A DNA stretch of 64,000 nt from an uncultured Nitrospiraceae bacterium (GTDB taxonomy: Bacteria; Nitrospirota; Thermodesulfovibrionia; Thermodesulfovibrionales; UBA6898), in the NCBI GenBank assembly GCA_963811165.1, contig CAWEQH010000010.1:576001-640000 (forward strand). The letters run 5' to 3'. This document shows, piece by piece, positions 57,462 to 64,000 of this stretch (positions within the stretch are counted from its first letter, which is position 1; the number at the start of each line of letters is the position of its first letter). The notes beneath the pieces are model-generated. The model was given only the letters and a program-made list of their open reading frames with translations. It did no database searches and was not told the origin of the DNA. The translations under genes and the position numbers were made by a program.

Positions 57462-57697
57462 GGTCGGAAAACGCGCAATAGCACTTTTTATTATGTCATA
57501 TTCCCCTGCCCTAAAGTGCCATGCTGGGTCCAAAGTCAATAGATAGCGCATCTTGTCATACCTTCTCCGGGATGTGTTATTATTTCAATAGACGACTTAA
57601 GAGGGCCGCTGGTTACAGGAATCGCAGCAGGGTGATTTCACCCAAACGGCAATAGGGCCGCCCCCAAGGAAGCAGGCCGTACAGATACGCCCTTAGC

Positions 57698-58885
57698 TCA
57701 TTCGAAATCAGCATAGATTTCTCCGAAATTTATCCCGGCGATGTTTGCCCGGCCGTACCTGTTTTTGAATTCCACCTTCGCCTCCTGGAACTGCTGACTG
57801 CGGCTGCCGTTTCTGATCGCGGCATGGGCTTCTATAAACGCTCCAAGGCTGTCGGCCGCCTTGACGATCTCTCCGTCGCGCGGATTAAAGCGGTCTTTGT
57901 TGTATTTTCCATTAATATCGTCGCTCGATACCTTCTTACGTCTTCCGTTGACATAAATAACGCCGGAGAACTCGTCTTCGGTAAACATCCTGATCTCTCT
58001 ATGCCAGGCACGGGGGATCAGTCCGTATACCTCCTTATTCATCTGTTCTTTTTCATACTCCTTGATAAGCTCGTCCAGCCCCTCTACTGAGACCTTCACC
58101 GGAGAGATGATGTCACGGGTAAGGACTTCCGGGAGGTCGTGGAACAATCCCGTAAAATAATTATTGATGCTGCGTCTCCCGCACGCTCCTATCTGGGTCG
58201 AAAACAGATAGGAAAGCAGAGCAACAAAAAGTGAATGCCCGATCACCGAAGTCTTGGGAATCCGGTGCAGGTTCGACCACCGGGTCTGAAACCTGAGCTG
58301 TCCGCAGAGATCGAGAAAGTCTCTGTAACGAGCATTCTCCTTTAGTTTGGTCATCCCCTTCAGGTCGGAGTACTCTTCATATTTACGGTCCAGGCCCTGT
58401 TTTATCGAGGCGATCTCATAGCCCCCGGGGTTCGCACGTTCAATAATGCCGAATTCCCATTTCGTCGCAAAATAATGCGCCGCCTCCAATATTCGTCTGT
58501 TGAGGTTTTTGCGGGAGGAGGTAAAGTAATCCCTGAACCTTTTTGAAAAATCCCCTCCCATAGGAGATATGACGGGCTCAATCTCCTTAAAAATCCAATC
58601 ATTAAGCCTCCTGTATTTTTCCTTGTCGGCCTTGATCTTATAAAAAATAGGCGGCTTTAAGTCGGTGATTACAAGACGCTGCAGAAGCTCAAAGAGGCCC
58701 CCCTCGATTACTTCTATCCAGTCAAAGCCCGGGTTCCCTTCCTCGAACTTCCCCAAAAAATAGGCGATGATCATCTTGTGGGCCTGCTTGTCCAGTTCGA
58801 CAAGTTCCACGGGCCGCACCTTGTCGTTCCATCGCTGCATGTACGCCGCATTGAAGATTTTGAGGAGCAATGCCTTTCTTATCAT
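57698..58885 (-). CDS. HD-domain protein (tandem YfbR-like domains)
   Basis: MQRWND...ELDKQAHK; second domain RW...TSVIGH...LFHDLPE.LTRDIISPVK...KAAD. Confidence 0.8.
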   Translation of the reverse strand: MIRKALLLKIFNAAYMQRWNDKVRPVELVELDKQAHKMIIAYFLGKFEEGNPGFDWIEVIEGGLFELLQRLVITDLKPPIFYKIKADKEKYRRLNDWIFKEIEPVISPMGGDFSKRFRDYFTSSRKNLNRRILEAAHYFATKWEFGIIERANPGGYEIASIKQGLDRKYEEYSDLKGMTKLKENARYRDFLDLCGQLRFQTRWSNLHRIPKTSVIGHSLFVALLSYLFSTQIGACGRRSINNYFTGLFHDLPEVLTRDIISPVKVSVEGLDELIKEYEKEQMNKEVYGLIPRAWHREIRMFTEDEFSGVIYVNGRRKKVSSDDINGKYNKDRFNPRDGEIVKAADSLGAFIEAHAAIRNGSRSQQFQEAKVEFKNRYGRANIAGINFGEIYADFE

Positions 58886-59151
58886 TGTAATGTCCCCTTT
58901 TATGAGCCGGTTCTTTTGAATACTATTATCGGATTTTGCGCTCTTTTCTTCAAGACAGCGTTCATATGATGGAGAAGATGCAGTTGGCGTTACTCCCGAA
59001 AACGCATAGGGCCCTTTCTATCCGGTAGGCTGAGACCGGGATGAGTCCCGACCCGTATGGTCACCGTTAAGGTAAGCCATTGCCTTTCAAATCGGGACGG
59101 TCGATAGGATTGACAGCATTGAAATCGGGAATTTAAAATCAATGAAAGGTC

Positions 59152-59793
59152 ATGGGCATCATATCATATCGTGAATTCATCGAGACGTTCCAGGCGCTCC
59201 GTAATGCGCCGGAGCGAATCGTTGAGAACATTCTTTCTAAGGCCACGGTAAGGTCGTTTCCGGCGGGAATGCTTATCTACTCCGAGGGCGATGCCTGTGC
59301 GGCCATCGCCTTTGTCCTGACCGGGGAAATCCGGGTTTACAAGGCGGCGGAAGGGGGACGGGAGATCACCCTCTATGAGATCGGCAGAGGGGAGACCTGC
59401 ATTCTCAATGCATCCTGTGTCCTCGCAAACACTTCCTATCCTGCGAATGCCGTCTCGGTAAAAGAGGGGGCGATGCTCCTTTTGCCTGCCGATGATTTTC
59501 GCAGGCTGATGGAGACGAGTGAGGACGTCAGACACTTTGTATTCGGGATTATGAGCACGCGCCTTACGACGGTTATGGCCCTTGTCGAAGAGGTGGCATT
59601 CGGCCGGATGGACATCAGGCTCAGGGAATACCTTTCAGAAAAGGCCGAACACGGGATTCTCAGGTCCACGCACCAAAAGATCGCCGGTGACCTGGGGACC
59701 TCAAGGGAAGTAATAAGCAGGCTGCTCAAGGACCTCGAACGAAAGGGAATCGTCGCCCTTTCCCGGAGCGAAATTACTCTCCTTAAGTCCTAG
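59152..59793 (+). CDS. Crp/Fnr-family transcriptional regulator
   Basis: EGDAC...GEIRVYK...GREITLY...GETCIL; THQKIAGDLGTSREVISRLLK helix-turn-helix. Confidence 0.9.
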   Translation: MGIISYREFIETFQALRNAPERIVENILSKATVRSFPAGMLIYSEGDACAAIAFVLTGEIRVYKAAEGGREITLYEIGRGETCILNASCVLANTSYPANAVSVKEGAMLLLPADDFRRLMETSEDVRHFVFGIMSTRLTTVMALVEEVAFGRMDIRLREYLSEKAEHGILRSTHQKIAGDLGTSREVISRLLKDLERKGIVALSRSEITLLKS

Positions 59794-59808
59794 GCCTCTT
59801 TCCCTATT

Positions 59809-59823
59809 TGTAACTTTGTCACA
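59809..59823. promoter_or_regulatory. Putative operator for the adjacent Crp/Fnr regulator
   Basis: Near-palindrome TGTAAC-TTT-GTCACA upstream of the DUF2892 gene. Confidence 0.5.
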
Positions 59824-59887
59824 TACATGCCTCCTGCCCGGTGATTAACATAACACATTAAAGAATTTCATTTAGGAGGCAAAGACA

Positions 59888-60079
59888 ATGAAGAAGAACA
59901 TCGGGTCAACTGAGAGAGCGGTAAGGGTGCTTGCGGGCCTCGGCATTATCTCAATGGCAATAGTCGGTCCACATTCACCCTGGGCATACCTCGGGATAAT
60001 CCCTGTGGCCACTGGTCTCATCGGATGGTGTCCCCCTTATGCCCTTTTAGGGATCTCGACCTGTAAGAGCTGCAGGTAG
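59888..60079 (+). CDS. DUF2892 (YgaP-like) membrane protein
   Basis: MKKNIGSTERAVRVLAG...TGLIGWCPPYALLGISTC. Confidence 0.88.
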   Translation: MKKNIGSTERAVRVLAGLGIISMAIVGPHSPWAYLGIIPVATGLIGWCPPYALLGISTCKSCR

Positions 60080-60109
60080 AGCGCCACTGTTAAGGGAGAT
60101 ATCTCCCAA

Positions 60110-60190
60110 CCGGGACTATTCATGCGCGCAGGAGGGCACCGCCCTCCTGCAATTTCAATCAACTGAAAAACAGCTTATGAATAATGCGGG
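60110..60190. mobile_element. Possible MITE (81 bp)
   Basis: Imperfect 14-bp terminal inverted repeats CCGGGACTATTCAT / ATGAATAATGCGGG and internal hairpin GCAGGAGGGC-ACC-GCCCTCCTGC. Confidence 0.4.
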
Positions 60191-60387
60191 GCAAGACTGA
60201 TATGAGTCATCAAAAGAGGAAACTTATCAAAAAAAGAAGAGAGGTGTAGTGTTTCTCTTATCAACAAATCAACAGGCGTGGCGGTCTGCGGCAGGCGCAC
60301 CATCACCCATAAATTTATTTTATTTGCTAAACATTAATTGATATGCCTCCTGTTTAGCGGTATTATTTGTTTAGGAGGGAGTGGATA

Positions 60388-60672
60388 ATGCCATCCAAAG
60401 ATGGTAGAGAAAGAAGGAAACATCCACGAAAACCTTACAGTAATGTCATAAAGTTTTGCGTAAATCCCCGTTCCCTGAATAAAACCTTCATTGGTGTAAG
60501 TGTTAACATAAGTGATTCAGGAATATGCCTATATACCTCTGATAATCTTCATCCTGACGAAGAGATATTAATTCAAGAAAAACTCCCTGTCAAATACCGA
60601 AAGGCAACCGTAATATGGGTCAAGCATTACCATCGGGAGTTCTACAAAGTTGGGCTCATGTTTCATGAATGA
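60388..60672 (+). CDS. PilZ-domain protein
   Basis: ERRKHPR (RxxxR) and NISDSG (D/NxSxxG) c-di-GMP motifs. Confidence 0.8.
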   Translation: MPSKDGRERRKHPRKPYSNVIKFCVNPRSLNKTFIGVSVNISDSGICLYTSDNLHPDEEILIQEKLPVKYRKATVIWVKHYHREFYKVGLMFHE

Positions 60673-60985
60673 CTGCCAAGGCTTTTCGCTAATCGGAGAC
60701 ACCCATTTTGACTGACCGGTAGTCTTCTTGACCCGCCCTTAATTCTGCATGATAATGAGCCTAATGGCAGACACTAAAACTGTCCTTTGTCTCACATACG
60801 CACACCCCATAACAAAGAGAAAAAATGGATGAATAAAGTTTATATCAGAATTTTCGAAAAAGTGAGCTACACTTAAATAAAAGGCTTGAAAGAGGCCCGA
60901 AGATCGCTGCAGGGCGTCTGGTGTAAATTGGAGGGGGCATCGTAACACCCTCTTTGAAACAAAGCATGCAAAGGTGGGAGAAGAA

Positions 60986-61642
60986 ATGGCCGAAACTTTC
61001 ATATTCAGGGAATGCGTAAACCTCGTCAAATCAACAGGGAGGACTGCGGACCGCCTGCGTGAATTTAAGGATATGTTGGCAGTTGTGCCCGACGAATCCA
61101 TATTCCATCATACCTGCCAGTATTTTTTGAGAAGTCCGGGTCTTGAGTACACTAATGATTTCGCGCATTGGGCCGGCGAAAGCCTTGGCGAAAGGGTGCT
61201 TGCGGAGTACCTCTCGAACATAGACCCGTACGGCTACGCGACAATTGCAGATCTGAGGAAAGGGCTGGTCGGTGTCATAGATGTCTACCTCGAAAAATTT
61301 CCCGAACCGAGGGAGGCATTACCAGGCGAAGAATTCTATTTCAACGAGGCGGTGACTATGATATTCCCGGCAGGGATCAGGGCCCGGAATCTCGCCGAAT
61401 TCCTCACGGGTATCAAGTATGTAGACTCAAACTCCATTTATTATCACTTTTATGAAGCGAGGATGCGCCTCGGGAGTGCCGTCGATGATTTTTCGAAGTG
61501 GCTTGAAGAGAGTCTGGGCAAGAAAGAACTGGCCGCAAAGTTAAGGTCCATAGACCCCTTCATGCATAGCGTAGAGGGGATCAGGGAACACCTGGTCGAA
61601 GAGATGGAGAAAGAACTCAGAAGAGACATGGAGGAGGTTTAA
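60986..61642 (+). CDS. DUF5752-family protein (associated with treT)
   Basis: Two repeats: SIFHH...NDFAHW and SIYYHF...DDFSKW...IDP. Confidence 0.7.
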   Translation: MAETFIFRECVNLVKSTGRTADRLREFKDMLAVVPDESIFHHTCQYFLRSPGLEYTNDFAHWAGESLGERVLAEYLSNIDPYGYATIADLRKGLVGVIDVYLEKFPEPREALPGEEFYFNEAVTMIFPAGIRARNLAEFLTGIKYVDSNSIYYHFYEARMRLGSAVDDFSKWLEESLGKKELAAKLRSIDPFMHSVEGIREHLVEEMEKELRRDMEEV

Positions 61643-61644
61643 CC

Positions 61645-62856
61645 ATGCTGTCCAGTTACTCAGGAATATCTCCCAAGAGTGATCTCACTCTCTTAAAAAG
61701 GCTTGCAGATAAACTGAACGGCAGGACCTTCCTTCATGTAAATTCTACTCGTGCAGGCGGCGGCGTAGCCGAAATACTCCAGCGAATGGTCCCGATATTG
61801 GAGAACATCGGCATCAATGTCAGATGGGAGGTCCTCGAAGGTGACGAGAGGTTCTTTGATATCACAAAGAAGATACATAATGCACTTCAGGGCAACGCGG
61901 AGACGATCACGCGTGATATGTGGGATTACCATTTCGATGTGAATAAGAGGAACGCCGGGAGGCTGAACCTGGAGGCGGATGCGGTGCTTATCCATGATCC
62001 CCAACCCGCTCCCCTCATCGAGTACAGAAAAGCCGGGACCTGGATGTGGCGCTGCCATATAGATCTTTCGAGTCCGGCCCGCGAAGTTTTCGATTTTATC
62101 AGACGGTATTGCGAGAGGTATGATGCAGCCATCTTCTCGGTGGCACGTTTTGCAAAGTCGATGCCGCTTGATGAATTTATTATCACCCCATCTATAGACC
62201 CTCTCAGCGACAAAAACAGGGACCTAACAGAGAGCGAGATACGAGAGACAGTCGAAAGGCTTAATATTCCCCTGGACAAGCCGGTCATCCTTCAGGTCTC
62301 CCGGTTCGACAGGTTCAAGGACCCGCTCGGCGTTCTGCAGGCTTACCGGATCATCAAAAAATACAACGACTGCATCCTCGTCCTTGCAGGGAGCCCCGCA
62401 AGCGATGACCCCGAAGGGGAAGCGGTGCTGAAGGAAGTGCGGGAGCAGGCAGCCGATGATCCGGACATTTACATATTGCTTTTGCCGCCTTACAGCGATA
62501 AGGACATAAATGCCCTGCAGCGCATTGCAGCCGTAGTATTCCAGAAATCCATCAAGGAGGGCTTCGGACTTACCGTATCCGAGGCGATGTGGAAAGGAAA
62601 GGCGGTTGTTGCAGGAGCCGCCGGCGGTATCCCTGTCCAGATCACCCATGGCGTAAACGGATTTCTCGTCAATTCCGTGGAGGGCGCGGCGTTCAGGGCC
62701 AGGCAGCTCCTTAACAATCCCGAAATGGTGAAGAAGATGGGGGAAAATGCGAGAGAATATGTGAGAAAGAATTTCCTGATTACAAGGCAGACCAGGGATT
62801 ACCTGTCCGTGTGGTACGCCGCCGAGAATAAAGGCAGGAGCGTCCTGGAGCTTTAG
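61645..62856 (+). CDS. treT: Trehalose glycosyltransferring synthase (GT4)
   Basis: HVNSTRAGGGVAEIL, IHDPQP, WRCHID, PSIDPLSDKN, QVSRFDRFKDP, EGFGLTVSEAMWK. Confidence 0.88.
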   Translation: MLSSYSGISPKSDLTLLKRLADKLNGRTFLHVNSTRAGGGVAEILQRMVPILENIGINVRWEVLEGDERFFDITKKIHNALQGNAETITRDMWDYHFDVNKRNAGRLNLEADAVLIHDPQPAPLIEYRKAGTWMWRCHIDLSSPAREVFDFIRRYCERYDAAIFSVARFAKSMPLDEFIITPSIDPLSDKNRDLTESEIRETVERLNIPLDKPVILQVSRFDRFKDPLGVLQAYRIIKKYNDCILVLAGSPASDDPEGEAVLKEVREQAADDPDIYILLLPPYSDKDINALQRIAAVVFQKSIKEGFGLTVSEAMWKGKAVVAGAAGGIPVQITHGVNGFLVNSVEGAAFRARQLLNNPEMVKKMGENAREYVRKNFLITRQTRDYLSVWYAAENKGRSVLEL

Positions 62857-62860
62857 TCCG

Positions 62861-64000
62861 ATGCGGACAAGCGAAAAGATCCGGCGGACAGACCTGGGAG
62901 CGACGATGATCGACCCGGCAGGCGTCTCCTTCAGGGTATGGTCGCCGGGGCAGGAGGAAGTCTCCGTAGAGGTCTTGTCACCCGAAGGGTCCCGCTTTAT
63001 ACCGCTTACCAAGGGGGCAAGTGGGTATTTTACAGGAACCGCGGAAGATGTTCGCCCCGGCGACCTCTACTTCTACGTCCTTGGCCGTAAAGACCGCTAC
63101 CCCGATCCTGCATCGCGATTTCAGCCGAAAGGCGTTCACGGCCCCTCACAGGTAGTCGATCCTGAGGAATTCTTGTGGGACGATAATGAATGGAGAGGGA
63201 TATCCCTGAGGGACCTGATTATTTACGAACTGCACACGGGCACGTTCACGCACGAAGGGACATTCGAGTCTGTCATCCCGCGCCTTGATTATCTCGCCGA
63301 CCTCGGAATCACTGCGATAGAACTTATGCCGGTCGTCCAATTTCCGGGAAACAGGAACTGGGGATATGACGGGGTTTATCCCTTCGCTCCCCAGAATACT
63401 TACGGCGGCCCCGCGGGGTTGAAAAAGTTGATCAACTCGGCCCATAAAAAAGAACTCGCGGTGGTCCTTGATGTGGTGTATAACCATCTCGGCCCGGAGG
63501 GAAACTATCTAGGCCGGTATGGACCCTACTTCACAGACCGGTATAAAACGCCATGGGGCGATGCGATCAACTTCGACGGCCCCTACAGCGACGAGGTGAG
63601 GCGTTTTTTTATCGAGAATGCGCTTTACTGGATCGGCGAGTTCCACGTCGACGGCCTCAGGCTCGATGCGGTGCATGGAATATTTGACTTCAGCGCAAGA
63701 CATTTTCTGAAGGAGCTCTGTGATGAGGTACGCTCCTATGCAAAGATACTCGGCAGGAAAGTCCTGGTCATCGCGGAAAGCGACCTGAACGACGCAAGGA
63801 TCATTGCCCCTCAGGAGATCGGCGGACATGGTGTTGACGCGCAATGGGACGACGATTTCCATCACTCCCTCCATGCGCTTGTCACGGGCGAAAAGAACGG
63901 ATATTATGAAGACTTCGGAAAGATAGCGCATCTCGAAAAGGCCTTCAGGGACGGCTTCGTATACGCAGGTCAGTATTCCCACTACCGAAAACGGCGGCAC
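62861..64000 (+). CDS. treZ: Malto-oligosyltrehalose trehalohydrolase, N-terminal part (runs off the window edge)
   Basis: FRVWSP, PDPASRFQP.GVHGPS, YELHTGTFT, ELMPV.QFPGNRNWGYDGV, DVVYNHLGPEGNY, DGLRLDAVH. Confidence 0.92.
   Translation, partial: MRTSEKIRRTDLGATMIDPAGVSFRVWSPGQEEVSVEVLSPEGSRFIPLTKGASGYFTGTAEDVRPGDLYFYVLGRKDRYPDPASRFQPKGVHGPSQVVDPEEFLWDDNEWRGISLRDLIIYELHTGTFTHEGTFESVIPRLDYLADLGITAIELMPVVQFPGNRNWGYDGVYPFAPQNTYGGPAGLKKLINSAHKKELAVVLDVVYNHLGPEGNYLGRYGPYFTDRYKTPWGDAINFDGPYSDEVRRFFIENALYWIGEFHVDGLRLDAVHGIFDFSARHFLKELCDEVRSYAKILGRKVLVIAESDLNDARIIAPQEIGGHGVDAQWDDDFHHSLHALVTGEKNGYYEDFGKIAHLEKAFRDGFVYAGQYSHYRKRRH

Noticed and set aside
59008..59080. GGCTGAGA...ACCCG as a TPP riboswitch
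   Set aside because: The second half (CCTGAT...TAATGCC.GCG.AGG) is absent and no thiamine gene follows.

Overview
Bacterial chromosomal window. Gene content and motifs (RomR-like regulator beside valS, deltaproteobacterial-type Zur box) suggest a Nitrospirota- or Desulfobacterota-like organism; this is inference only. The backbone is housekeeping: valS, rimI-tsaB, zur-znuCBA, tadA, nadA, tRNA-Val/Asp, tatA, an acyl-CoA oxidation cluster, xseAB, an ECF sigma module and treT/treZ. Two accessory regions stand out. (1) A ~17.1 kb integrase-less island (8135-25293) bounded by an identical 22-bp copy of the 5' END of tRNA-Ser(CGA). It supplies a replacement promoter with the same geometry as the displaced one and ends in three tandem 88-bp [arm-like repeat + promoter + tRNA 5' stub] units. 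Its cargo is nhaA, a stand-alone KimA-like cytosolic domain, small membrane peptides, kdpFABC, two stand-alone NifA-like HTH genes around a degenerate P-II, a porin, an orphan KdpE lacking the conserved receiver Lys, three toxin-antitoxin pairs and gene debris. (2) An integron cassette array with no intI in view (about 33.0-37.4 kb), with four attC sites and three attI-like sites. One cassette pairs a CFI-box-CTERM protein with an unannotated 47-aa C3HC4 RING-finger gene. A structured dispersed repeat with compensatory changes occurs twice in the acyl-CoA cluster. All calls were made by eye; no searches were run.
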